Below are positions 7,765 through 17,614 of a stretch of 32,219 nt of DNA, one piece after another; the first letter of the stretch is position 1; every line of letters begins with the position of its first letter. The stretch lies in sequence record SRR20825019_1366. One strand, written 5' to 3'. Below the pieces are notes generated by a model, which did no database searches, had not been told where the DNA came from, and worked only from the letters and a program-made list of their open reading frames with translations. A program made the translations under genes and the position numbers.

Positions 7765-8566
7765 AAGAGCCTACGGCGCCAAGGGTGTACAATTGCTCCA
7801 ATGTTGGTGTTTCGCTACCACCTTCGGGTTCCAAAGTAATACCAAAGGCTTCCGATTCATTCGCGTTTTCCAATGTAAATAACTTAGTGTCCACCGATGC
7901 AAAATCATCCAATAATCCAATGCTGGTGGGTGTTAGTGGGTCCAGTTTTAGGGACCAGACCTGATAGGTGAAACCTTCGGGTGGTTCTGGAAGCCCTTTG
8001 GCGTCAATAATCACTTTGCTTTCTTCTTTGTTCCAATAGGCTTTTGCATAAGAAGAAGGGGACACCGTTTGTCCACCAAGTGCAATCACCGTAACGTTTT
8101 GGTCTCTAATACTCTCAAGAAGCGATTCTTTATAAGTGATTTCCTCTTGGGTATCCGAGAGTATATCCTCTAGACTTTGTTTCTCTTTGTTGGTAAGCTC
8201 TATTTCCGATTGTAGTTTGGAATTCTCCGTATACATCCAAAACAATCCGACGGCCAACAGCACCGATGCTGCCCATCCCAAATAACTGCCCCAAGAGGTT
8301 CCCTTGCCGGAGGTACCTTCAGGTATAAATGGAATAACATCATCTATTCGTGCTTTTATCTTGGTAAAACCATCCGAAGGCATCTTCGGTGATGCGGCTT
8401 CGGTAACTGCAAGAATGGCTCGCTCTATAGCCTCTATCTCACTCCTTATTTCAGGGTATTGAATAGCATAATGTTGCACCTCCAAGTTTTCCTCCGTGGA
8501 CAATGCTCCTGCAACATACAGTTCCAATTTTCCAGACGCTATGTATTCTTTCACATCCATGCTCAT
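7763..8566 (-). CDS. Anti-sigma factor, RskA (anti-SigK) family
   Basis: ELYVAGALS N-terminus, single TM (WAASVLLAVG), coiled coil, YQVW and AFGITLEPEGGSETPT. Confidence 0.9.
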   Translation of the reverse strand: MSMDVKEYIASGKLELYVAGALSTEENLEVQHYAIQYPEIRSEIEAIERAILAVTEAASPKMPSDGFTKIKARIDDVIPFIPEGTSGKGTSWGSYLGWAASVLLAVGLFWMYTENSKLQSEIELTNKEKQSLEDILSDTQEEITYKESLLESIRDQNVTVIALGGQTVSPSSYAKAYWNKEESKVIIDAKGLPEPPEGFTYQVWSLKLDPLTPTSIGLLDDFASVDTKLFTLENANESEAFGITLEPEGGSETPTLEQLYTLGAVGS

Positions 8567-9090
8567 GCCATATTTTTTCTAATATTTGAAATACAGCTTC
8601 TTATTCTCGTTTTGATGGTGCCAACTGGCGTATCCAGCTCTTTGGCAGCTTCTTTTTGTGTATAGCCTTTAAAATAAAGCATATCAATTAGTAAAATGCA
8701 CTTTTCCTTTAATCCTTTTAATAAAGACTGAAGCCCAATAGTGTCCATTCTATCATTAAGGTCTTCGCCGTTTTCATAGATACCTACGAGAGAATCTACG
8801 GGGAGGTTCTTTTTTTGATTTTTATGGGTTTTTGAGCGCACTTCGTCGATTGCGGCGTTACGGGCTATGTTCAAGATCCATGTGAAAAAACGGCCTTTGG
8901 AAGTGTCGTACTGGTCCGATTTTTCCCAGATTTTCACGAATACATCTTGACAGATTTCTTGGGAACGCTCCGTATCCTTCACAATTACATTGATTACCCC
9001 ACATATATTTTCAGCGTACATGTTGTACAAAGCTTCAAAGGCAGCACTGTCCTTTTTCTGAAATTTTTCTATGAGGTTGTCCAATTGCAT
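8563..9090 (-). CDS. ECF RNA polymerase sigma-70 factor (SigK-like)
   Basis: QDVFVKIW, FTWILNIARNAAID (region 2), GYTQKEAA and PVGTIKTRIR (region 4.2); 4-bp overlap with the anti-sigma gene. Confidence 0.95.
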   Translation of the reverse strand: MQLDNLIEKFQKKDSAAFEALYNMYAENICGVINVIVKDTERSQEICQDVFVKIWEKSDQYDTSKGRFFTWILNIARNAAIDEVRSKTHKNQKKNLPVDSLVGIYENGEDLNDRMDTIGLQSLLKGLKEKCILLIDMLYFKGYTQKEAAKELDTPVGTIKTRIRSCISNIRKNMA

Positions 9091-9101
9091 AACCGGTTGG
9101 T

Positions 9102-9109
9102 TAAAGATA
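9102..9109 (-). promoter_or_regulatory. Putative -7 promoter element (TATCTTTA) for the ECF sigma gene
   Basis: TAnnTTTG variant; the same octamer precedes the minus-strand genes starting at 16188 and 19021. Confidence 0.4.
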
Positions 9110-9131
9110 TAAAAAGTTGGCTGTGTTTGTG

Positions 9132-9434
9132 CTATTCAATATTGATTCCCTTCAGCACCAATGTTTTCCATTCGGGATGTTCTTTCAGATATTTGGCAAC
9201 AAAGGGACACAACGGTATGAGCGTCCAATCTTCCTTTTTGATATGCTCCAGAGTTTGTTTGATGAGTTCAGAGCCTATGCCTTGGCCTTCGTGCCCTGGG
9301 GGGACTTCGGTATGGGTAAGGTATATTTTTTCTTTGGCTTTGATATATTCAATTTTTGCTATATCGCCATTATCCAGTTCAAACTGGAACCTTTTGGCGG
9401 ATTCGTTGTCTACAAGTTGATATTGCTTTTCCAC
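9132..9434 (-). CDS. YjdJ-like small GNAT acetyltransferase
   Basis: HTEVPPGHEGQGIG acetyl-CoA motif, IPLCPFVAKYLKEHPE. Confidence 0.9.
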   Translation of the reverse strand: MEKQYQLVDNESAKRFQFELDNGDIAKIEYIKAKEKIYLTHTEVPPGHEGQGIGSELIKQTLEHIKKEDWTLIPLCPFVAKYLKEHPEWKTLVLKGINIE

Positions 9435-9451
9435 AAAATTTTAGTGATTGG

Positions 9452-9649
9452 TTATCGGTAGCTTAATGCGCCCGATGGACATTTTGAGATTTGTTGTTTC
9501 AATTGTTCGGTGGATGCGTTTTCGGCTTGTATCCAAGGTTTTTCTTTGGGGTTATAGACCTTTGGCAACATTTTCACGCAAATTCCGGCATGTTGGCAAA
9601 GTTCAGGTTTCCAGATCACGGCTATTTCCCCGTTAGAATATTCTTTCAT
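9452..9649 (-). CDS. YjdI-like divergent 4Fe-4S binding protein
   Basis: MKEYSNGEI start at 9649; CQHAGIC, PWI, CPSGALSY; adjacent to a YjdJ-like gene as in E. coli yjdIJ. Confidence 0.88.
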   Translation of the reverse strand: MKEYSNGEIAVIWKPELCQHAGICVKMLPKVYNPKEKPWIQAENASTEQLKQQISKCPSGALSYR

Positions 9650-9666
9650 AGCACACAAATTGAAAT

Positions 9667-9694
9667 AAAAAAAGAGCTGCCCGAAAGCAGCTCT
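9667..9694 (-). terminator. Rho-independent terminator after sodC
   Basis: AGAGCTGC-N6-GCAGCTCT with an A7 run on the plus strand (U tract on minus). Confidence 0.82.
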
Positions 9695-9703
9695 GAATAG
9701 TTT

Positions 9704-10291
9704 TTATTGAATGATACCTGTACAAGCGATTCTTGCACCGGCAGCTCCGGATGGTTGGGAGGTATAATCATCCACTCCTTGATGAACGATTACTGCTTTG
9801 CCCAAAATGTTTTTCTTTTCGTCATCGCAACCAATGCACCATTCGTCCGTAGAAAAATCTACTGTTGCGTTTCCATCTGCATCTGCGGTAAAGTTACCGA
9901 TGTCACCTTTGTGGTAACCATCTTCAGCTCCCCATTTACCGTGCTTTTCAAAAGTTGGGTTCCAGTGTCCTCCTGTTGATTTTCCATCTGCGGAAGAACA
10001 ATCTGCTTTTTCATGAAGGTGAATGGCATGTTCGCCTTCATCAAGCCCTGTAAAGGTAGCTTTCATAGTAACATTTCCATTCTCTTGGGTAAAAACAACC
10101 TCACCGTTCACATTACTGTCGCTTTTAGGTTCCATGCTAAATGTAATGGATTCAGGTTCAGTAGTTTCAACCATTTGATCCACGGTTTCTTCAACTTCCT
10201 CAGTTGCTTCTTCTGTTTCTTTTTTAGCTTGTTTGCAGCTAAACGCAGTTATAAATACTAGCGCTAACGCTATTGCTTGTATACTTTTCAT
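9704..10291 (-). CDS. sodC: Cu/Zn superoxide dismutase family lipoprotein
   Basis: Lipobox AFSC; HAIHLHE, GGHWNP, KHG, HKGDIGN, IVHQGVDD, ARIAC metal and disulfide motifs all present. Confidence 0.93.
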   Translation of the reverse strand: MKSIQAIALALVFITAFSCKQAKKETEEATEEVEETVDQMVETTEPESITFSMEPKSDSNVNGEVVFTQENGNVTMKATFTGLDEGEHAIHLHEKADCSSADGKSTGGHWNPTFEKHGKWGAEDGYHKGDIGNFTADADGNATVDFSTDEWCIGCDDEKKNILGKAVIVHQGVDDYTSQPSGAAGARIACTGIIQ

Positions 10292-10359
10292 TAAAATGAG
10301 TTTTTAGATTAACCACTAAGTTAGGTATTATTTATGCCGCTGTCAACCATTCACGTGCT

Positions 10360-11058
10360 CTATTGATCAGTTTTTTTGCCCTTAAACAATCCTCTTAAAT
10401 CTGGATTGTAAAAAATGGCCAACTGTAACCTGTCATAAACAGCATTGGCAAACTGATTTCTCAAGTAACCTAACTGCACACTGGTGTTTTCGGTAACATT
10501 CACACCAACAGCACCATACAGCCTGTTTTGGCCAAATAGATTATCCTGTAGATTGATGAACAATTCATCATAAAAATTCAGAAAGAACGTATTGGTCAAT
10601 GGCAGGGTCATTTGAATCCGATAACGCGCCCGATGTTGTGTATCGGTGGTTTCCCCAAAATCCAAAAAACGCTGCTCCAAGCGGTAACGGTGCTCAAAAA
10701 GAAATTCCCAGACTTTGTTTTTGAGTATAAATTGTTCAAAAATCCGATGCTCCTTTGAATTGATCTCGCCTTCAAACTCATAAAAATTATTATCGGTATC
10801 AATAAACGCATAACCTCCTGTTGCAATAGCATTTGGATCGATATGGTAATTAAGTCCCGTTCTCAACAACATTTGGTTAAAGTTGCTCGTGGTCTCATAA
10901 AACCTAAACTGTGCCTCTGTATGAATGCTTAAACGTTCCGAAATTTTGTTGGTGCCAAAGTACATGTACCAAGCTCCCATTTCATCCTCACCAGGTTGTT
11001 GTGCATTTGCGGTTAATGTTCCTAATAGTATAAAAAGGGCAGTTAATTTTTTGATCAT
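10360..11058 (-). CDS. DUF2490-family outer membrane beta-barrel protein
   Basis: Signal peptide, EHRIFEQ, HRYRLEQRF, YDELFIN, QNRLY, GYL motifs. Confidence 0.85.
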   Translation of the reverse strand: MIKKLTALFILLGTLTANAQQPGEDEMGAWYMYFGTNKISERLSIHTEAQFRFYETTSNFNQMLLRTGLNYHIDPNAIATGGYAFIDTDNNFYEFEGEINSKEHRIFEQFILKNKVWEFLFEHRYRLEQRFLDFGETTDTQHRARYRIQMTLPLTNTFFLNFYDELFINLQDNLFGQNRLYGAVGVNVTENTSVQLGYLRNQFANAVYDRLQLAIFYNPDLRGLFKGKKTDQ

Positions 11059-12974
11059 TTACTTTCTTCTTTTATTGGCGTGCTTGCATCTCCTTTGAGG
11101 TACTCGTCCAAAAACTCCAATATTTTGCTGTATGCAGTGATTTGATTCTCTTTTTTGACAAAACCATGTCCTTCATCCTCAAAGAGGACATACTCAACAG
11201 GGACTCCATTCTGACGCACCCCAGCTACAATTTCGTCAGACTCTGCCTGCAATACCCTAGGGTCTTGTGAGCCTTGAAGTACGATCAACGGTTTGGTGAC
11301 CTTATCGGTATGGAAAAGAGGGGAAATCTGTTTCAACCGAACGGAGTCGGCACTGTAAGGGTCTCCCAATTCTTTATACAATGCATCTTTAAAGGATTCC
11401 CACCATGGCGGAATACTTTTTAGGGTTCTCATCCAATTGGTCACCCCAAAGAGATTGACCCCTACATCAAATTCTTCAGGGGCGTAGGTCAAAGCGGCCA
11501 TGGTCATGTATCCGCCGTAGGATCCTCCAATAATTCCTATTTTCTCCCCATCGATTTCAGGTTGTTGAGCTAGCCAATTTTTTCCTTCTACGCAATCTTT
11601 CAAATCTTTGTCACCATGGTTAAGGTCGTCCATTTGGTAGAAGGTTTTGCCATATCCACTGCTTCCACGATTGTTCACCGCTAAAACGGCATAACCATGG
11701 TTCACCAAATATTGGATAAACGAGCTGAAGTTTTGACGGGATTGCCCACCAGGACCTCCATGTACCCAAACCAAAGCGGGTACAGGATTTTCTTCGCTTG
11801 CTTGGTGTGGGGTATAGTAAATGGCTGGGATTTCCAAGCCATCAAAGGATTCATATCGGATTACCTCGGCCTTGACCAGATCCTGTCCTTGGATTTCTGG
11901 GTTCAATACATCAGTCAGCTTTTTCTGCTCCTTGGTTTCCAAATTGTACACATAAAGGTTTGATGGTGTATGCGAACCGCCTGCGTAAAAACGCATCATG
12001 GTTTCGTCGTCGGAAAAGCTAACGCTGGTAATTTCCATGTTCTCCACCTTGGGGAGTTCTATGTTTTTGCCCGTGGCCACCTCCATCACTTCGATGGTGT
12101 TTTTGGCATCTTCGTTAATGTAAGTGACTTGATAGGTGCCATTATCCGTAAAATAACTACCTGAAATATCCCAATCACGTTCCATTGCCTTTTCGTACGA
12201 GCCATCAGCAATGGTGTATTTCATCAAATAAGAAAATTCGCTGCCATCATCGGTGGTGTAATAAAGTGCGGAACCATCGGGTGAAAAATCCTGCGGTGCG
12301 TTTCCACTTTGGTTTTTGTTGATTTTCATCAATTCTTTTGACTCCAAATTATACAAGAACAAATCGCTATCGTTCGTATTGATGGATTTGCTCAACGCCA
12401 CATATTTTTCATCTGGGGAAACAACGCCAACATCGTATCCATCATCGTTTTGATAGATCAATTGGGCGTCCATGGTCTCCAAATTCATTTTGTAGAGGTC
12501 CATAAATCGGCTATCCCGCTTGTTGGAGCCATAAAAGAATGCCGATTTGTCCTCGGACCATTGGTAAAACAGGGAACGGGCCCCTTCCTCTGGTGTCAGG
12601 TCTTTGTTGCTGCCATCGGTGTCCCGAACAAAAATGTGATAGATTTCATCGCCATTGTTGTCCATACGGAAGAGCATTCGTTCATCATTCGGAAAATAAG
12701 AAATAGAGAACACCGATGAGCTGTCCGATTGCGTTATGGGAATCATGTCGCCACCCGAAGTGGGTATGGTGTAGATATTATAAATGCCCGAACGGTTGCT
12801 CGATACCAACAATTTGGATTTGTCGGGTGAAAAACTTCCTCCTCCAATGGATTCGTTATCCATCATTTGGGCAATGGTGTAGGTCTTCATCGTATCTGCT
12901 ACGGAAGGTTCCTTTTTTTCTTCTTTGCACGCCCAAATGCTGGTGATCAGGGCAATGGCCAATAATTTTTTCAT
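11055..12974 (-). CDS. S9-family (prolyl oligopeptidase / acylaminoacyl peptidase) lipoprotein
   Basis: Start MKKLLAIAL at 12974 with lipobox IWAC; beta-propeller; HGGP, GGSYGG (Ser), DPRV (Asp), EGHG (His). Confidence 0.94.
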   Translation of the reverse strand: MKKLLAIALITSIWACKEEKKEPSVADTMKTYTIAQMMDNESIGGGSFSPDKSKLLVSSNRSGIYNIYTIPTSGGDMIPITQSDSSSVFSISYFPNDERMLFRMDNNGDEIYHIFVRDTDGSNKDLTPEEGARSLFYQWSEDKSAFFYGSNKRDSRFMDLYKMNLETMDAQLIYQNDDGYDVGVVSPDEKYVALSKSINTNDSDLFLYNLESKELMKINKNQSGNAPQDFSPDGSALYYTTDDGSEFSYLMKYTIADGSYEKAMERDWDISGSYFTDNGTYQVTYINEDAKNTIEVMEVATGKNIELPKVENMEITSVSFSDDETMMRFYAGGSHTPSNLYVYNLETKEQKKLTDVLNPEIQGQDLVKAEVIRYESFDGLEIPAIYYTPHQASEENPVPALVWVHGGPGGQSRQNFSSFIQYLVNHGYAVLAVNNRGSSGYGKTFYQMDDLNHGDKDLKDCVEGKNWLAQQPEIDGEKIGIIGGSYGGYMTMAALTYAPEEFDVGVNLFGVTNWMRTLKSIPPWWESFKDALYKELGDPYSADSVRLKQISPLFHTDKVTKPLIVLQGSQDPRVLQAESDEIVAGVRQNGVPVEYVLFEDEGHGFVKKENQITAYSKILEFLDEYLKGDASTPIKEESK

Positions 12975-12981
12975 GGTTCGC

Positions 12982-15900
12982 TTATTTAAGTTCAAAACTT
13001 TCGGTTTCCTTAAAAGGAGATAGATCCAATGATTCAATGGATGTTCTGTACGATTTCCATTCATCATTAAAGAAGGCATTGGTGCTTTCCAATACTGCCT
13101 TTAGTTCTTCTTCTGCAAACCGAATCATTCTTCTTTCGGTTTCGGTGATTCCAGATTTTCTTGTGTTCACATAATAAGAAGCATCTCCCAATCTGGTCAT
13201 TACGTTGGGTTCGGGGTCATCGGTGATTCCTTGTCGTTTGTCTTCCTTGCCCAAATACAGAGCAATGACAGAATCGATTTGCTTTGTAATTTCTTCGGAT
13301 GCTTTTATCTGTTCCTTGAACTTGTCCTTGTCCAGTTCCTTGAGCTCTTTTTTGAATTTTTCTGCCAAATTTTTGCTTTCCACCAATTGTTTTACGGCAT
13401 CCGCGGCTGTTTGCGTGTACCCTTCCAGTTTTTTGCCAGTTTCGTACACTTCGTTGATGGAGGCGAGATCAACATCCAACCTTGGGTCCGTTTTAACGGT
13501 TACCATGGTGGAATCGGACACATCGCCATAAACCGCCTTTACTTTGTAAGTTCCTGGTTTTACCTCGATACCACCACGTTCCCTATCGCGTTTGCTGATG
13601 GTTCTCGAAGGTCTATCTGGACCTTTTTCATCCAGGTTCCAATAAATTCTATGGAAACCAGCCTTTTCGGGAGTTTTGTATTTCAATGTTCTGATGAGCC
13701 TATCACCATCATAGAATTCAAAAAAGATGGAATCCTTGATTTTTTCCTTTGGCTTTTCGTCCTCGGCCTTGTCACCTTCATCGCTCTCGTCTTTTTTCTC
13801 TTCCTTGGATTTGTCAGCTCCTTCTTTTAGGTAGTATGTGATCATAGCTCCCGACTCCCTGTTCTCACCGCTGTAAATGGCATCTCCACCAAACCTACCG
13901 CCAGTGGGCTGTTGGTAAGCGGCCAAAAAGGCATCAGGACTATCAAAAAGACCGATTTCTTTCTCCAAAACAGATGTATTGTCCGCTAATTTTCGTAACG
14001 GTCGGATATCATCCAATACCCAAGCGGCCCTACCAAAGGTTCCGATGACCAAATCCTGTTCCCTTGGATGAATGGCCAAATCCTTTGTGGAAACGGTTGG
14101 GAAATCCTTGTCCCATTTTTTCCAATTGTTGCCTGCGTCCAATGAAAGATAAAGTCCATCATCCGTACCCAAGAACATGAGGTTTGGGTTTTTTTGGTCC
14201 TCGATAATGGAAAGCGTGTAGCTTTCCACATCGTTTTCATCTACAATACGGGTCCAGGTTTTGCCATAGTCTTTGGTGCGGTAGGCGTATGGTGTATAAT
14301 TAAACCTTCTGTAATCGTTTGCTATCAATAGGGCTTCGCCTTTATTGTTTTGGGAAGCTTTTATCTGTGGAATCCAGCTTCCCGTTGGTAAGCCTTTGAT
14401 GTTTTTGGTGACATCGACCCAAGTTTCTCCACCATTTTGGGTATAGTGCACACGTCCATCGTCAGTTCCAATCCAGAGCATATCCTTTTCAACGGGTGAA
14501 GGTTCGATGACGATGATGGTGCAGTGGTTTTCCGCCCCTGTGGCATCCATCGTAAGTCCACCGCTTTCGCTCTGTTTTTGTTTTTCTTTATCGTTTGTCG
14601 TCAGGTCTGGCGAGATTACTTCCCAAGTCAAACCTTTGTTTGTGGATTTGTGCACAAACTGACTTCCAAAATATACCGTGCTGTTATCAAAAGGGTCTTG
14701 GCCGATGGCCGCGTTCCAGTTAAACCGAAGTTTTGTGTCAGCATCGGGAGGGGTAGGGCGTACAATGTAACCGTTCCCTGTTTTCCAATCGTATCGGCTC
14801 ACATATCCTTGCTGGCTCATGGCGTATCCGAATTGGCTATCGTCTTTGTCCGGAACCACATCGAACCCATCGCCGAAGGCGATTTCTTGCCAATAACTGT
14901 TTCGGATACCTTGTGCTTTCCAAACATAGGCGGGTCCTCTCCAAGAGCCGTTGTCCTGCATACCTCCATATACATTGTACGGATACTCGTTGTCCGTACT
15001 AATGTGATAGAACTGTGCCACGGGCAAATTACCAATAAAGCGCCATGTTTTGCCTCCGTTTTTGGTAATGTTGAGACCTCCATCGTTACCATCCATCATA
15101 AATTGTCCGTTTTCGGGGTGAATCCACCAAGCATGGTGATCGGGGTGTACACCATTGTCCACCCCATAGGCGGGCATCAATTGGGTGAAGTTTTTACCAC
15201 CATCTTCGGAAACATTGATATAGGTGAAAACCGAATACACCCGATTTTCGTTCTGAGGGTCCACATATATTTCTGAATAATAAAATGGACGGTTTCCTAT
15301 ATCGCTTTTATCATTGATTTTTTCCCATTTGAAACCACCATCTGTGGATTTGTACAAAGCGTTTTTCTTCGCCTCTACCAAGGCATAGATGATATTGGGT
15401 TTGTTTCGGGCTATGGCAACACCAATCCTTCCCAAATCTCCTTTGGGAAGTCCATCTTCTGCGGTGATTTGTTTCCATGTTTTACCACCGTCGTGCGTAA
15501 TGTGCAATCCGCTGCCTTCTCCGCCCGACTTAAAGAACCATGGTTCTCTTTTGTGCTCCCACATGGCAGCAATCAGTTTGTTCGGGTTTTTTGGGTCCAT
15601 GACCAAATCGGCAATGCCTGTTTTGTTGTTCACGAACAATACCTTTTCCCAAGTTTCCCCACCATCGGTAGTTTTAAAGACACCTCGCTCGGGGTGCTCG
15701 CCCCAAGGGGAACCAATGGCGCCTATATACACTACATCGGGGTCTGTTGGGTCTATTATGACCCTATGGATATGCCTTGTTTTCTCCAATCCCATGGATT
15801 TCCATGTTTTACCCCCGTCCAGGGACTTATAAATTCCATATCCGCCATTTAGGCTGTTTCTTGGGTTGCCCTCTCCTGTACCTACCCAGATTACCGATGG

Positions 15901-16188
15901 GTTGGATTGTTGGATGGCCACAGCTCCTATTGAGCCTGTTACTTCATTATCAAAAACAGGTTCCCATTTTATCCCGCCAGAAGTTGATTTCCACAAGCCG
16001 CCCGAAGCTGTTCCAACAAACATTACATCGGGATTGGAATGGACCACATCAATGGAAGTGACACGACCGCTCATTCCTGCGGGACCAATGTTTCTTGGTT
16101 TCATGTCGCGCAGCAGTTCCACATCAAAATCTTGTGCGGTGATACTGGCCGTAATAAGAAGAACAAAATAGAGGATTGATTTTTTCAT
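12982..16188 (-). CDS. Secreted VPS10/sortilin-like BNR (Asp-box) repeat protein
   Basis: RNIGPAGMSGRV N-terminus, many SxDGGKTW Asp-boxes, C-terminal helical region. Confidence 0.88.
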   Translation of the reverse strand: MKKSILYFVLLITASITAQDFDVELLRDMKPRNIGPAGMSGRVTSIDVVHSNPDVMFVGTASGGLWKSTSGGIKWEPVFDNEVTGSIGAVAIQQSNPSVIWVGTGEGNPRNSLNGGYGIYKSLDGGKTWKSMGLEKTRHIHRVIIDPTDPDVVYIGAIGSPWGEHPERGVFKTTDGGETWEKVLFVNNKTGIADLVMDPKNPNKLIAAMWEHKREPWFFKSGGEGSGLHITHDGGKTWKQITAEDGLPKGDLGRIGVAIARNKPNIIYALVEAKKNALYKSTDGGFKWEKINDKSDIGNRPFYYSEIYVDPQNENRVYSVFTYINVSEDGGKNFTQLMPAYGVDNGVHPDHHAWWIHPENGQFMMDGNDGGLNITKNGGKTWRFIGNLPVAQFYHISTDNEYPYNVYGGMQDNGSWRGPAYVWKAQGIRNSYWQEIAFGDGFDVVPDKDDSQFGYAMSQQGYVSRYDWKTGNGYIVRPTPPDADTKLRFNWNAAIGQDPFDNSTVYFGSQFVHKSTNKGLTWEVISPDLTTNDKEKQKQSESGGLTMDATGAENHCTIIVIEPSPVEKDMLWIGTDDGRVHYTQNGGETWVDVTKNIKGLPTGSWIPQIKASQNNKGEALLIANDYRRFNYTPYAYRTKDYGKTWTRIVDENDVESYTLSIIEDQKNPNLMFLGTDDGLYLSLDAGNNWKKWDKDFPTVSTKDLAIHPREQDLVIGTFGRAAWVLDDIRPLRKLADNTSVLEKEIGLFDSPDAFLAAYQQPTGGRFGGDAIYSGENRESGAMITYYLKEGADKSKEEKKDESDEGDKAEDEKPKEKIKDSIFFEFYDGDRLIRTLKYKTPEKAGFHRIYWNLDEKGPDRPSRTISKRDRERGGIEVKPGTYKVKAVYGDVSDSTMVTVKTDPRLDVDLASINEVYETGKKLEGYTQTAADAVKQLVESKNLAEKFKKELKELDKDKFKEQIKASEEITKQIDSVIALYLGKEDKRQGITDDPEPNVMTRLGDASYYVNTRKSGITETERRMIRFAEEELKAVLESTNAFFNDEWKSYRTSIESLDLSPFKETESFELK

Positions 16189-16267
16189 TAGTTGGCTTTG
16201 TTTTTTGAGTTTAGCTTTGACCAGTTAACGGCATACTTCGGACAAGCACGGTCATTTTTTGGTCGCT

Positions 16268-16275
16268 TAAAGATA
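16268..16275 (-). promoter_or_regulatory. Putative -7 promoter element (TATCTTTA) for the VPS10-S9-DUF2490 operon
   Basis: GGTATCTTTAA on the minus strand, identical to the motif upstream of the gene starting at 19021. Confidence 0.45.
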
Positions 16276-16336
16276 CCAAAAACCCCTACCTCATTTCTTA
16301 AAAGGATGTTAATGAAGTGTGAAGGGACAGCGTGGC

Positions 16337-17593
16337 TTATTTATCCTTGTAAACGACCCCATCTTTCATCACATATTTTACGTGTTTCATTTGAGAAATG
16401 TTTTCAACAGGATTCCCCTCAACAGCAATGATATCTGCCAAGTATCCTTTTTGAATCGTTCCCAGTTCATCAAAATGAAGAATTTTTGCATTCAGTGAGG
16501 TTGCTGATCGTAAGGCTTTGATGGGCTCCATGCCGTAGGCTACCATAAGTTCCAGTTCACGATAATTTTCTCCGTGGGTAAATACACCAACGTCGCCACC
16601 AAAAACAATATCAACCCCCGATTGCAGAGCCAGTTGAAAGGATTTTTTCTTTTTTGCCACTCGTTCCGGGTCGGGTTCGGCACCTTTTTTCCAACCTTGA
16701 TATTGCGATATGGCATCTCCCGCGGCAAGGGTTGGGCAAAGGGCTACTCCATTTTCTTTCATCAAACTAAAGATTTCGGCAGTACCGCCATCGCCGTGTT
16801 CAATGGTTTCCACACCTCCCAAAATAGCGCGCCTCATTCCTTCTGGGGTACTGGCATGGGCCACCACATAACGACCAGCTGTGGTAGCTGCAGAAACCAT
16901 AGCGTTTATTTCCTCCTGTAAAAAGGTAGGCTGGGAGGGCTCACCCTTGCCCCAGCGGTAATCCGCATATATTTTTATGAAGTTGGCCCCGTTGCCTAGT
17001 TGAGTTCTCACTTCTTTGACGGCATTGTCCCTACCGCTCACGGGAACAGCACCGAGAGGCACTGTGACACCGTCATGGAACCCTTTTGGACCATAGGCTC
17101 CTGTCGCCACTATGGCTGGACCCGCCATCAAAGTGCGCGGGCCTGGAATAATACCGCCGTCAATCGTCTTTTTGAGGTAGATATCGGTATAACCAGCTCC
17201 CTCTGAACCCAGGTCACGCATGGCGGTGACGCCTGCCATCAATGAATTTTTGGCGTGAACGGAGCCTCTGATAGCCCTCTCAGTGGGGGATTCCTTCAGA
17301 ACTTGGTCGTTCCATTCTGTTTCGTTGTATGGGTGCAACAGCAAATGGGAATGTCCTTCAATAATACCTGGCATCAGGGTCATGCCCTTTAATTCTTTTT
17401 TGGTGTAGGAGCTGGCTCTTTTCAAACCGTTCATTGGGCCAGCATAGGTTATTCGGTTGCTGTCAATAGCCACTACCCAACCGTTATGGATTTTCTTACC
17501 ATCAAAAACCCGTTCTGGTACAAGTAGGGTCTGTGATTGCAATGTGTTCACCAATAAGGTAATAGCTAGGACAAATATGTATTTTGATTGCAT
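16337..17593 (-). CDS. Secreted metal-dependent amidohydrolase (Xaa-Pro dipeptidase-like)
   Basis: PGIIEGHSH, IKIY, AHA, IEHG, GGD, ADIIAVEGNP. Confidence 0.9.
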   Translation of the reverse strand: MQSKYIFVLAITLLVNTLQSQTLLVPERVFDGKKIHNGWVVAIDSNRITYAGPMNGLKRASSYTKKELKGMTLMPGIIEGHSHLLLHPYNETEWNDQVLKESPTERAIRGSVHAKNSLMAGVTAMRDLGSEGAGYTDIYLKKTIDGGIIPGPRTLMAGPAIVATGAYGPKGFHDGVTVPLGAVPVSGRDNAVKEVRTQLGNGANFIKIYADYRWGKGEPSQPTFLQEEINAMVSAATTAGRYVVAHASTPEGMRRAILGGVETIEHGDGGTAEIFSLMKENGVALCPTLAAGDAISQYQGWKKGAEPDPERVAKKKKSFQLALQSGVDIVFGGDVGVFTHGENYRELELMVAYGMEPIKALRSATSLNAKILHFDELGTIQKGYLADIIAVEGNPVENISQMKHVKYVMKDGVVYKDK

Positions 17594-17614
17594 GTTGAGG
17601 TTGTTGTTTTGGAA

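Noticed and set aside
12975-13079. N-terminal extension of the S9 peptidase ORF
   Set aside because: It overlaps the upstream gene; the lipoprotein signal begins at 12974
13205-16171. Long plus-strand ORFs (up to 250 aa) opposite the VPS10 gene
   Set aside because: Antisense shadow ORFs with no protein-like motifs
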